NCBI GenBank assembly: GCA_002104905.1
Contig: MCFE01000128.1
Location: 62,001 to 126,000, forward strand
Source of the DNA: Basidiobolus meristosporus CBS 931.73
Lineage: Eukaryota > Fungi > Basidiobolomycota
Length of the DNA: 64,000 nucleotides
Reading direction: 5' to 3'
Position numbers and translations under genes: made by a program
The notes under the pieces: generated by a model
The model's database searches: none
What the model was told of the DNA's origin: nothing
Seen by the model: only the letters and a program-made list of their open reading frames with translations
Part shown: positions 22,827 to 35,579 of the stretch, piece after piece
How positions within the stretch are numbered: position 1 is the stretch's first letter
Layout of the letters: every line of letters starts with the position of its first letter

Positions 22827-25800
22827 TGTTACAAGTCTTGGTATAAGAGTGGTGGAGGAATAGGGAGTTTAGCTAGTATTGTATTCACTAAAACTTGAAC
22901 TGATTTTTATTGAGGTTCCAGCAGCTCCTTATATACATTTTGCCGGATCAATTGCTGACTGATTGTATTTCCAAATGTGGGTTGTGGCTGATGACTCATT
23001 TGATTGCATCATCCTTGCCCAATAAGATCCTACCTGATATATCTATTTCTGTCTGATAAGGATCTGCTGATTCATTTGCTGACTAATGCTACTGATTTCA
23101 TAGATAATACTGATATACTGATAACCTCAACATATACCAATTCATTTGACTAAAAACTGATCTAACTTAAACATTCAAGCAACAGATCATAACATTTACC
23201 CCTACTGAAGTTGACAGGGTTCTCCTGAATCTCTTTTCTTGTGATACCAATATCTTGATGTTTTGGTATTATCAGCAAGTCTTGCAAGCTTGAGTCTGTG
23301 CCTATGCACTAAGTCTTCCCGGATATTGCCTTGTTTGTCCACTAGTTGGTAAGTTGCAAATGGACATTTTCTGACGATCTTGAATGGTCCTGTCCATTGT
23401 GGCTCAAGCTCATTCCAAGTGTTGTTTCTTAGTAATACAAAGTTCCCAACTGTCAATGCTTCTAGTGCTATAGTCTTATCAAATCTCTGCTTCATCTTTT
23501 CTGCACTTTGAGATAGTTTGGTCTGTGTCTCTTGACGTCTTTGTTCCAGTTGCTGGTATTTAATGGGCTGACTAAGTTCATCTTCTAAGGCTTCTGTAAG
23601 CTTGGGTTGTGTGAGATCTCCTGGAATCCTTGGTTCACATCCATACAGTAAGTAAAATGGTGATTGTTGGGTAGTGTTGAGCACTCTAACTCTGCAGGCA
23701 AAAAGTGCTTGATCTATATACTCATCCCATTTACTGACAGCTCCATTTGCATACTTGGTCAGCACTTTTCCAAATAATCCATTGAATTGTTCAGTGACTC
23801 CATTAGTTTGGGGGTGATATGCTGAGGTTTTCAAGTGTTTAATCTGCTGCATTTCCAGGTAAGCCTCTAATGTCTTTGCCATAAAATTTGCACCTCTATC
23901 AGATAAGATCTCCACAGGGCATCCAGACTTCATCAGGGTCTCATGGTAAATGAAACTTGCAACTTCTTGTTCACTGGCTATTGGTACAGCTTTAGCAACT
24001 GGCCATTTAGTGGCATGGTAATTTGCTACTAGGATACAACGGTTGCATTTCCTGGTAGTTGGCAGTCTTCCAATAAAGTCAATTCCCCATCTCTCAAATG
24101 CTCTTATAGGCTCCAAAGCAAAGAGTTTGGCAATTCTTTGTGGCTGGCCCTGATTGATTTGGCAGTTTGGGCATGTTTTCACTAGCTTCTCAATATCTTG
24201 TTTCATTCTGGGCCACCATGCTCTGGCTTTCACAAGGCTATGGGTTCCTTCAATCCCAAGATGTCCATATTCATTGTGTAGCTTATGTATTAAATCCAGG
24301 CAAGAAACATAAGGGCAATAGGCAATAGGGCTTCCATCAACAATTTGGTAGTGTTTCATCCTGTACTACAAATTTGCTGGCTTCATCCTTGATTATCTTG
24401 TTTATATCTTCAATTACCTCATTAGGAATGGCTTGGTCCTCCAAGTACTTTGGTAATAGGCTAGGCCAGTCCAATTCATGCACCAAGTTGAGTTGTGCAA
24501 CTTGATCTAATCTTGATAAGGCATCAGCAACCATGTTGTTTTTCCAGGACTGTAAACAATCTCCAAGTCAAATTGCTGAATGTGTTCACTCCATCTTGTC
24601 ATTCTTCTAGAGAGTACCTTCTGAATAAATATATACTTGAGGGAGGCATGATCAGTCTTCACAGTGCATTTGACTCCTTCAATATAGCATCTCCATGTCT
24701 TCAAACAGTGTGTTATAGCAAGCATCTCCTTCTTGTGGACTGGATAGTTTTGCTCTGCTGAGTTCAGTTTCTTGGATTCAAAGGCAACAGGGTAGTCCTT
24801 TCCCATGTATTCTTGGCTTAGCACTCCACCAATTGCATAATCTGAAGCATCTGTGCACAGTGTGAACTCTTTTTGGAAGTTGGGTATTCTTAAGCTTGGC
24901 AGCTTAGCAAGTTCATTCTTGAGTGTCTGGAAGGCAGTCTCACAAGCTATGTCCCACTTGTAGGTGATGTCTTTCTTGAGGATATCAGTTAAAGGGGCTG
25001 CAAAACTTGCAAAAGACTTGACAAATCTCCAATAATAGGAAACCATTCCAAGGAATGATCTGAGTTCTGATATGCTATGGGGCTGCTTCAAATTCTTGAT
25101 AACTTCAACCTTTGTAGGGTCTAAGGTCACTCCTGTGCTAGTCACTATGTGTCCCAGGTATTCAACATGTTCCTTGAAGAATTCACACTTGGCTAGCTTT
25201 CCATGTAGCTTGTTCTCTCTTTGTTTCTTCACAACCTTTTCAATGTGCACCACATGATCCTCTTCAGTCTTGCTGTATAACAATATGTCATCCAGGTAGA
25301 TTATCATAAACTTGTCTAAGTACTCCTGAAAGACAGTCTGCATCAGCATCATGAACGTTGCAGGGGCATTAGTGAGGCTAAAACTCATGACTAAGTACTT
25401 GTTATGTCCATATCTGATCCTGAATGCTGTCTTAGGGATATCTTCTGGTTTCACCCTAATCTGGTTATATCCTGACATGAGGTCAATCTTGCTGAATACG
25501 GTGGCTCCATTAAGTTGGTCCAGAAGCTCATCAATCCAAGGTATGGGGTACTTATTCTTGACGGTAACTGGGTTGAGGGCTCTGTAGTCAATGCACATCC
25601 TGAGTGTTCCATCCTTCTTTTTCACAAAAAGCACTGATGCTCCCCGAGGTGACTTGCTGGGTGTGATGTATCCTTGCTCCAAATGCTGATCAATTTGTCT
25701 CTTCATTTCCTCCAATTCCAATGGACTCATTCTGTAAGATGTCTTGCTCACTGGAGGGCTATCTCCTGTGTCCATGGCATGATCCATGTCTCCACCTGGT

Positions 25801-26760
25801 GGTAGGCTTACAAGCTCATCTGGAAACAAGTCTGAATATCTCTTCAAGAGAGTCTGGACCTGCTGGGGTACTGGGGTAGCAGAATCCTTCTGTACTACCA
25901 CCATGAGGAACATCTGGGTACCTTTTCTAAGTGCTCTATAGAACTGGGTCTTGCTAAGTTCACTTGTCTCACACATACTGGAATTGATCAAGTTGAAATC
26001 CAGACTGGCAGGTAATAGCTCATAGGTCTTGTTGTCCTTTTGGATCTGAATAGCATGGGTTCTCCAGTTGATTGATGGATTACAATAAAATAGCCAGGTT
26101 TTTCCAAGTACAAGGTCAAACTTGCAGTTCCCAAATATATAAGCCAGTAGGTCTTCTTCATAGTCATTGATCTTCATTCTTACTGGCTGGGTAATACGGT
26201 TGATTATGTGAGATTTCCCATCAGCTGTGGAGACTGAAGTTGATATGGTAGGTTCTGAGTTGATTCCAGCCTTCAGAGCAAATTGCTCTGACATGTACTC
26301 ATGCAATGCTCCTGAGTCAATCATGATCTTGGCAGGTACTCCATTGATTATTCCATTTAAGTACAATAACTTCCCCAAGTTTGAGGTCATTTGGGACAAG
26401 TACTCTTTTGTCATATGGAAGGTGAGTTCTGAGTCATCCTTAAGCTCATCTTCCACATTACTGTGTTCATGAGACTCAATATGATTGAAGGTTCTTGTTG
26501 GCTGGTGTCCATTTCTTCTCTCAGTGCAGTACTTTGCAATATGTCCTTTCTGGTGGCAATTGAAGCAAAGTCCTTTCTTCTTACATTCTTCTGACGTAGG
26601 ATTCTTCTGCATAGCGTCTATTTCCATTGGCACTGCTTCTGATTGTCTTTTTTCATAGTGATTGTAACCTTTCTGATTAGTCACTGTAGGCTTCCCAACT
26701 CCAAACATAGCTGAGTCATAATCAGTGGCAATCTTGATGGCTTCTTCTATAGTCTGAGGT
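22827..26760 (-). mobile_element. Ty3/gypsy retrotransposon, 5'-truncated, with 3' LTR 22827-23194
   Basis: gag CCHC (CFNCHQKGHIAKYC), protease IMIDSGA, RT YLDD, RNase H TDASD, integrase H..GH..C..C / WGIDF / SDRG / PQTNG / GPF. LTR TGTTA...TAACA lies just downstream of the stop at 23202. Confidence 0.92.
23202..26760 (-). pseudogene. Gypsy gag-pol (PR-RT-RH-IN) broken by frameshifts near 24540 and 24350
   Basis: ORF-track pieces 24507-26708, 24337-24534 and 23202-24359 are consecutive parts of one polyprotein. Confidence 0.88.
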
Positions 26761-28801
26761 AAACAAATCAGTTACTGGAGCAAGGATATATCAGAATCAG
26801 CAAGTCACCTTGGGGAGCACCAGTACTTTTTGTGAAGAAGAGGGATGGAACACTTAGGATGTTCATTGACTACAGAGCCCTCAACTCAGTTACTGTGAAG
26901 AATAAGCACCCCATACCTTGGATTGATGAGCTCTTAGATCAACTCAATGGAGCCACTAATTTCAGCAAGATTGACCTCATGTCAGGATACAACCAGACTG
27001 GGGTGAAGCCAGAAGACATCCCTAAGACAGCATTCAGGACCAGATATGGACATTACAAGTACTGAGTTATGAGTTTGGCCTCACCAATGCCCTTGCAACA
27101 TTCATGACCCTGATGCAAACTGTCTTCCAGGAGTACTTAGACAAGTTTGTCATAATCTACCTAGATTATAAACTGATATACAGCAAGGCAGAAGATCACT
27201 TGGTGCACATTGAAAGCTCCTGAAGAAGCTCCAAGAGAACAAGCTTTATGGCAAGCTACCCAAGTGTGAATTCTTCAAGGAACACATTGAATATCTGGGA
27301 CACATAGTGACTAGCACAGGAGTAACCTTAGACCCTAAGAAGGTTGAAGTTATCAAGAACCTGAAGCAGCCCCATAGCATAACAGAGCTCAGATCATTCC
27401 TTGGAATGGTTTCCTATTATTGGAGATTTGTCAGGTCCTTTTCAAGTATTGAAGCTCCTTTAACTGATATCCTCAAGAAAGACATTACCTATAAGTGGGA
27501 CATAGCTTGTGAGACTGCCTTTCAGACGCTCAAGAATGAACTTGCTAAACTACCAAGCTTAAGAGAACTTGACTTCAGAAAAGAGTTTACTCTGTGCACA
27601 AATGCTTCCAATTATGCAATTGGTGGAGTGTTGAGTCAAGAACACAAGGAAAGGACTACCCTGTTGCCTTTGAGTCCAAGAAACTGAACTCAGCAGAACA
27701 AAACTAGCCAGTCCATGAGAAGGAACTGCTTGCTATAATACACTGTTTGAAGACATGGAGATGCTATATTGAAGGAGTCAAATGCACTGTGAAGACTGAT
27801 CATGCCTCCCTCAAGTATATACTTATTCAGAAGGTACTCTCTAAAAGAATGACAAGATGGAGTGGATACATTCAGCAATTTGACTTGGAAATTATCTACT
27901 GCCTGGAAAAAACAACATGGTTGCTGACGCCTTATCAAGATTAGACCATGTTGCACAACTCAGCTTGGTGCATGAATCAGATTGGCCTAGCCTATTACCA
28001 AAGTACTTGGAGGACCAAGCCATTCCTAATGAGGTAATTGAAGATATAAACAAGATAATCAAGGATGAAGTCAGCAAATTTGTAGTACAGGAAGAAACAC
28101 TCTACCAAATTGTTGATGGAAGCCCTATTGCCTATTGCCCTTATGCTTCTTGCCTGGATTTAATACATAAGCTACACAATGGATATGGACATCTTGGAAT
28201 TGAAGGAACCTATAGTGTTGTGAAAGTCAGAGCATGGTGGCCCAGAATGAAACAAGACATTGAGAAGCTAGTGAAAACATGCCCAAACTGCCAAATCAAC
28301 CAAGGCCAACCACAGAGAATTGCCAAGCTCTTTCCCTTGGAGCCCATAAGACCATTTGAAAGATGAGGAATTGACTTTATTGGAAGACTGCCAACTACCA
28401 GGAAATGTAACCGTTGGATCCTAGTAGCAATTGACCATGCTACAAAATGGCCAGTGGCTAAAGCTGTACCTATAGCCAGTGAACAAGAAGTTGCAAGTTT
28501 CATCTACCATGAGATCCTGATGAAGTTTGGATGCACTGTAGAAATTCTATCCAATAGAGTTGCAAACCTTATGGCAAAGACATTGGAAGCTTGCCTGGAA
28601 ATGCAGCAGATTAAACACTTGAAGACCTGAGCATATCACCCCCAAACTAATGGAGTCACTGAGCAATTTAATGGATTATTCGGAAAAATGCTGACCAAGT
28701 ATGCAAAAGGAGTTGTCAGTAGATGGGATGAGTATATAGACCAAGCACTCTTTGCATGCAGAGTCAGATTACACAACACCACCCAGCAATCACCATTTTA
28801 C
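26761..28801 (+). mobile_element. Second gypsy fragment of the same family (RT-RH-partial IN), inverted relative to the first
   Basis: Reverse complement of ~23652-25700 with many substitutions and stops; cut at 28802 by a copia-2 LTR. Confidence 0.88.
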
Positions 28802-31800
28802 TGTTGAAATATTGGACTATTTGGTATCATTCAGCAGCTAAAAATTTACTTAACAATTCTAGGCTAGTCTTAGTCACTGTAGGACTCATTTACTGCCTTA
28901 ACTTTGCCACTTTCTCCAGATATATGATCTTATGATTATTCCCCTATAGTCAGGATCAAATTAGCACTATTACCAAACATTATGTACTAACCCTGAAACT
29001 GTTACAGAATGCTCTTGAATATTGAGAAACCCTCCCTACTTAGTGTTGCAGCTGTATTACTTCTACAAAGGTATAAATACTGAGCTTCCTTATGAATAAA
29101 CAACAGTTCAACTATTATCACTATTTCTTGATAAGTTCCTTATATCCAAATCACTTCTTAAATTGCATCAGGTTATGAGCCCCGATTGCCTTAATCTATT
29201 CTAAAGATGACTTCTACCAGCAAACAAAGCAATACCAACATCTTCCCTGTAAAGGAGAGGTTTGATGGGAAGAACTACAGACTTTGGAGAATCAAGATGC
29301 AGATCCACCTTGAGGAAAGAAAGCTTTGGAACATAGTAACAGGAAAGGAAGTTGAGCCCAAAGGAACAGCAGAAGATGTGGAGAAGTTTCAAGAGAAGGA
29401 GAGAAAGGCCTTCAATGCAATATGCATCAATGTGCAAGACTCCTTCATTGGACAAATCCATGCCCCAAATACTGCCAAAGCAGCATGTGAATCCTTAGAG
29501 AAGATCTTTAGAGCAAAGTCAGTATCAAGCAAGCTGTATTTGAAACGAAAGTTCTTCAACATGAGAAAAAAGCCAGATGATGACATGCTACAACTCATTA
29601 CCAGAATGGAGACACTTGCAGAAGAACTTTACAGTATTAATGCTGGTGTAGATGATGAAGAAAAGATACTCTGTCTGCTTTGCAGCCTACCAGACAAGTA
29701 TGAGCCACTCATACTTTCTTTTGAAAGCAGAGAAGACAACTTGACTTTAGACTATGTCAAAGGAAGACTTCTTCATGAAGGACTTAGACGTAATGATCAA
29801 GCAGAGAAAATTGAAGATAATGCTTTATTCAGTTCAGAAAGGCATACAGAAAAGAAGGGAAAGCAACAAAACCGAAGAAAACCTGGCTGCTGTAACTACT
29901 GTAAGAAGCCAGGACACTGGGCAAGAGAATGCAAGAAGAAACAAGCAGATGAAAAACAGAAACTAGAGCAGGCAAACCATATAACTACTGATGAACAGTT
30001 ATTTGTCAATGTACAAGAGAGTGCAAGTAACCAAAGTAATGAATGGTATATTGACTCTGGAGCATCACAGCATATTTGTGGTATAAAGGATTGGTTCAGC
30101 AACTTAAAGACTATTCCCGTAAGAAAGGTTTATCTGGGAGATAACTCTGCATTGGAAGCTACCGCCAGTGGGTCTATACAACTAAATATGAGTGATAACT
30201 CAGGGGCAACAACAGCAAAACTGACTGACGTACTCTATGTACCTGGAATAGCTAAGAACCTACTCTCAGTCAGTAAAGCAACTACTCAGGGACTGAAATT
30301 TGTTTTTACTAAGCTGAGCTGCTCAATACTGAGTGTAAATGGACAAAAATTAGCTTTGGGAATCAGAGATCACAATATATACAAGTTACAATGCAAGATC
30401 ATTGTACCTGAGTATGTCAACATTGCTGAAACTGATGAAACCAACTGGGAGACGTGGCATAGGAGGCTAGGACACATAGGGGAACAGAAAATGAGCCAAT
30501 TGGTGAAAAATCAGCTTGTTTTGGGCCTAAAATACTCAATTCAGATCAAATTGAATGTTTGTAGGGGATGTTCATATGGCAAACAAGCTAGGCAACGTTT
30601 CAAGAGCTCAGAAGGCATCACTACTACCGCAATATTGGCTATTGTACACTCAGACATATGTGGCCCCATGAGAACACTGTCCTTTGGAGCCAAGAGATAC
30701 TTTATGACGTTTATTGATGACAAGACAAGATATACATGGGTGTACTTCCTCAAAACAAAGGATGAAGCTTTCAAGACGTTTAAGCACTTCAAGAACATGG
30801 CAGAAACACAAACTGGGTATAAATTGAAGGTACTATGAAGTGACAATGGAGGAGAATACTGCTCAAAGGAGTTTGCAAAATACTGCTTGTCTACTGGTAT
30901 ACTTCAACAGACCACAGTTCCTCATACTCCACAGCAAAATGGAGTAGCAGAACGTGCAAATAGAACAATAGTAGAGATGGGAAGATCTATGCTACATGAT
31001 AAGGGAATGGACTACAAGTTTTGGGCTGAATCTGTTGCTACCGCTGTATACATCAAGAACAGATGCCCAACAACAGCACTACGTGATTCTACACCCTTTG
31101 AAGCATATACAGGCAAAAAACCAGATCTCCATCACCTCAGGATCTTTGGCAGTGATGTTTTTTATCACATCCCTGACAAAAAACGCTCAAAGTTGGAACC
31201 AAAGAGTAGAAAAGGGATCTTTCTTGGGTATTGTGAAGATACTAAAGGGTATAGAGTGTATGATGGCAAAATTCATAAGCTGATCAAGAGCAGGGACGTT
31301 GTATTTGAGGAGAATTCAGATCAGAAAGCCACAGAAATCATTGGCCAGCTGCCTGATGATGCAATCAACACAAATGAAGAAGATACGTACCAAATCCAGC
31401 CAGAGATGGAAGATACTTCTACCAGTTCCAGATCAGAACAGATTATCCCAGTTAGGAGATCTACCAGAATAAGAAATGCCCCTGGATCCTGGTGGCAGAC
31501 ATCCAATGATCATGAAGAAGCTTATCTTGCCTTATGTGCCGAACCTCAGAATCTGGAACAGGCAATGCAAGGTCCAAATGCTACTAAGTGGCAACAAGCC
31601 ATGCAGGAGGAGTACCAATCACTGATCAAGGCAAAAACGTGGGAACTGGTAGATTTACCAAATGGGAGAAAGCCAATAGGATGTAGATGGGTCTACAAGA
31701 TCAAGATAACCTCAAATGGTGCCGTTGATAAGTACAAGGCTAGATTGGTAGCTAAAGGCTATTCCCAGATCCAGGGACTAGACTTTAAGGAAACATTTGC

Positions 31801-31965
31801 TCCGGTTGCCAAGTTTAACTCTATTAGGACAGTTCTAGCCCTGGCAGCTGTACACAATCTAGATCTACACCAAATGGACGTCAAAACAGCCTTTCTAAAT
31901 GGGGATTTGCAAGAAACTATATATATGGAGCAACCAGAAGGTTTTACCAATCCAAAAGCCCCCAT
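28802..31965 (+). mobile_element. Ty1/copia family 2, 3'-truncated (5' LTR 28802-29170, PBS 29171-29183)
   Basis: LTR TGTTG...CATCA followed by GGTTATGAGCCCC. LTR sequence is unrelated to family 1. The ORF breaks off in RT at EQPEGFTNPKAP. Confidence 0.9.
29207..31945 (+). pseudogene. Copia-2 gag-PR-IN-partial RT with one in-frame TGA at 30836-30838
   Basis: CNYCKKPGHWAREC, WYIDSGAS, WHRRLGH, HSDICG, VL*SDNGGEY (R expected at the stop), NGVAERAN, HQMDVKTAFLNG. Confidence 0.9.
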
Positions 31966-31967
31966 GA

Positions 31968-32083
31968 CAAAATGTATATAAGGAGCGGCTGGAACCTCAA
32001 TAAAGATCAGTTCATGTTTTTGTGAATACAATACTAGCTAAACTCCCTATTCCTCTACAACTCTTATACCAAGACTTGTAACA
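31968..32083 (+). repeat. 3' part of a gypsy LTR fused to the truncated copia-2 RT
   Basis: caaaatgtatataaggagc...agacttgtaaca matches the reverse of 22827-22945. Confidence 0.8.
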
Positions 32084-32479
32084 CAATAGGCTTGACGTAA
32101 CATATCTTCATTGACTGATAGTTCAAATTTATTCCACACCAATTTTGACTCTATTTGGGAGGTACTTTTTGAGCATAGTAGTCTTCATGACATCATAGGT
32201 CCAGAATACTTGATAGTTCTTAGAGTGATATAACTTGGTATCCACTTTAATTAATCACAACATATGATACTATTGTAAGATTTTGGTCACACAAGCTGCA
32301 TATGAAGGCTAATTACATCATCACTTTGGTCCCAGAACTTAGCAATATAGTGTATTGAGTTGTAGAGCTGGGAGAAACTTGATGAATCACAACTCTTCCA
32401 ATCAGATCCCAAGAATTGAATACCACTAAGTGTTTTCTCCTACTGTAATCAGTGATATACATAGCAAGTATAAGGCATT

Positions 32480-34210
32480 ATGTCTAGGAAGGACCCAAGA
32501 ATATATGCGCTATGTTTAGGGTTGTTTGGACATCTTTAGAATTTTCCTGCCATGGGTCCTTAGTCATTTAGCAAAAATATTGTGATTAATTTAAACATGC
32601 AGTTTGGTCAGTATTCTTGTATATTTGTAGACAATGATTAAAGTAACCAAGTTAGCAGAATATTTGGATGGAATTACAAATTTTTACAACATAAAGAAGC
32701 TCACTGCCTACCTGATTTTGCCAAGAATATGTGTCAACAAGGTCTCAACTCAAGAACTCAGTCGTGATTTTGACAGTTCTGGAAGCAGAAATGCTGATTC
32801 AGGTAGTGCTCCTTAGGCTATGCATTTTGGATATCAAGTCCACACAAGTTGACACTTAATTCATCTTATCTGGGAGCCAATATAAGTTGCTTAATGCAAG
32901 AAATACAAACGCTGTGGAATGGGAGATTTGAGCTCATTAACTTTGATTATTTGCACATTATGGTCCAAGATCATCTGTGTTAACTCACCCCAAGTTGTGC
33001 GGATGTAAGAAACATTATACTTAGGTGGACTGATACATATAATTACATTTATTGATAACTGTGCATTATATACATGAGTCTACTTCTTGGAGAGAAACCA
33101 AGGAGCTTTGTCTAAGCCCCATGACTCTTCTCCATTTGAGACCTGCTTTGTATATTAATTAAATGCCAGGTACCTGCAATACCTTGGTTGCAAAGTAAAT
33201 GCCATGATACTGCCCATATTTCAGGCTAAACATGTGCCAAGAAGTGTAAAATGCCTATTTTAGGGCTGCCTCATGATGAGTAAGACACATAGATTCTACA
33301 ATACCGGAGCAAGGATGCCAATCTAGTCAAGGGAAGTGCTATATGATAAATATGCACATTCTCATGCATCTTCAAGTAATGAGAAGTTAATCTAAAGTCC
33401 TGCAGGGGTCAGGATTTAATCAAGGGAATTTAATATAAGTTGTTCTACTCTAGCAGACAATACAACTGTGCTTTGGGCTGAATTAGAGTCCAGGGATATC
33501 CCAGATGTGAACATGACATTTTTACAAGGCAAGACATCATGCCATATTAGAAATAGCTTTAATTACTAAGTTAATGTGGGCCCAAGGTTGGCATATGACT
33601 ATTCACTCCATATTGGTAAACCCCAAGCAGTATCGGAGGCCCTACATAGATTGCAGATGTATTTGTAGAGATCAGCGTTAACTGAGGAGCATCCAAGCCT
33701 GATGGAAAATCAAACATGGGCCATGGCAAAGTTATCAATTAGCCAGAAGTTAGTTGGATGCATATAGACTTCAGCACTTAATATCAGATAGATGGTAAAA
33801 CTGAAAAATCTAAAGCACAACTAGTAGCTAAGTGATAATATCAATCAAAGGGACTGGAATACACTAAGACCTTTGTACCAGTAGCCAGTTTTACTCCATT
33901 GGACTAATGTTAGCCATTAAAGCTAAATATCTGTTTTTTACCTTGATGAGGACAGTTACATTAACCATAATGATTAGTATATTGACAAATAAATCATACA
34001 TTTGGTCAACAGGCTTTGAAATCTCTGCATAGTCTGAGCAGTTGCTTAGAGCCTGGAATAGCCAGACAGACACCTATTTGCCCACTCTTGAGGTTTGTGA
34101 GAGTTACTGCTGACAGTGGTATTGACTATAAGCCACACATCAGAAGCATAGTGTAATTGGTTCTCTATGTAACTGCTCTTATCAGTGCCACTAACAACCA
34201 GTGACCAAAA
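32480..34210. repeat. Heavily decayed copia-1 LTR remnant (minus, ends 32691) and IN-RT remnant (plus, ~32990-34210)
   Basis: gaattacaaatttttacaaca at 32671-32691; segments resemble 5340-5410, 5860-5940, 6200-6500 and 6690-6840. Confidence 0.6.
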
Positions 34211-34699
34211 GGCATTTACAATACCACCACCTTTGAGTCCAAGTCCTTTAAAACATAGTTGCAATGACTTGTCAAAAAGCTATGACAAAATCTAAAAAAC
34301 TTAGCTAAGAGGCAACAATACCTCTGGGACATTGCAAAAAGCAGAGGGCAAATTTGCATCACAGATTTAGCCAAAAGTGCAGACAGATTCTGCCTCAAAA
34401 CATTCCTTAACTTGCTTTTGTACAGTATGTTACCATCTCTGCTGCTTTCTAATTGTAGGCATATATTTATCCCCTATACCTGTGCACACTGATTAGTTAA
34501 TGCCTCTTCTGACTCTCCTTACCTGCTGCCTCAGCTGGTGCGCATATGTTTCATTTAATTAATACTGAATATTTTTGGTGGATTCTTTGTTTATTCATAA
34601 AGATACTCAGTATTTGGATATTTATGGAAGTAGCACAACTGTAACACCCAGGCTTGAGAGTTTCACATCAATCAGGATCATTGTATGATGGCATCAGGG

Positions 34700-35347
34700 T
34701 TATGACATAATGTTTGGTAAAAGTACTACTTTGATATTGACTATTGGGTACCAATCAAAGGATCATTGGTCTGAAAGAAAGCAGCAAAGCGGGGGTTGGA
34801 AAATAGTCCAACAGGGACTATGATCAGTCCAGCACTGTTAAGTAGATTTTTAGCTGGTAAAAGATACCAAATAGTCCAATATTTTAGCATCCTTCCTCCA
34901 CTAAACATTTACTAAATACCAATTTCTCTCTGAGATCTTGAAACTGTGACATATTTATTGCTGTGTCAATATATCCTCCCCCATTTTGTTAGTGTGGCTG
35001 TAAGCTAACTCCAATGTTAGAGCATTGTTGAAGTAGAACCCTACCCTAAACTGAATCTCTGTTGCCATTATATTTTTGTCAATAAGGAGCATCTGACAAT
35101 GTCTCTGATGTACTTAGACTGATTTAGTGCAATTTCTGCATGGGCATGTCAAATATGACTTCTATTTGAAGAAAATATCTTAATTTAAGAAGTGATTTGG
35201 ATATAAGGAACTTATCATAAGATCATAGATCTCGAGAAAGTGGCAAGGTTAGAGCTATAAATGAGTCTCACAGTGACCAAGACTAGTCCAGAATTGTTTA
35301 GTAAAGTTTTGGCTGCTGAATGATACCAAATGTCCAATATTTCAACA
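34700..35347 (-). repeat. Two copia-2 LTR remnants (ending 34889 and 35347; the second has an internal deletion)
   Basis: gataccaaatagtccaatattttagca and gataccaaatgtccaatatttcaaca are reverse complements of the 28802 LTR start. Confidence 0.65.
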
Positions 35348-35579
35348 ATGATTAGGTTGTCCATATAGAGTACCAAAATAATTACTTCATTTCAAAGCTG
35401 TTAACATATGTACTGTGATGCGCAGTACCACAAAGGAGCTCAATCTCCTCTAGATATGTGTTGGACTTGCTATAACATGCTCTAGGTGCCTGCTTAAGCC
35501 CAACAGTAATTTTCTAGGACTGCACATCTTATAGGGGCCTTTTGGAGTGGTAGGACCTTCCAGTTACCCTATATAAATA

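Noticed and set aside
22827-23194. Assigning the 1.07-kb solo inserts to the gypsy family in this window
   Set aside because: That gypsy has its own unrelated ~368-bp TGTTA...TAACA LTR adjacent to its integrase and gag.
23202-23400. Chromodomain or env gene after the gypsy integrase
   Set aside because: Only ~35 residues follow the GPF/HRHRLK region before the stop, and the LTR starts 8 bp later.
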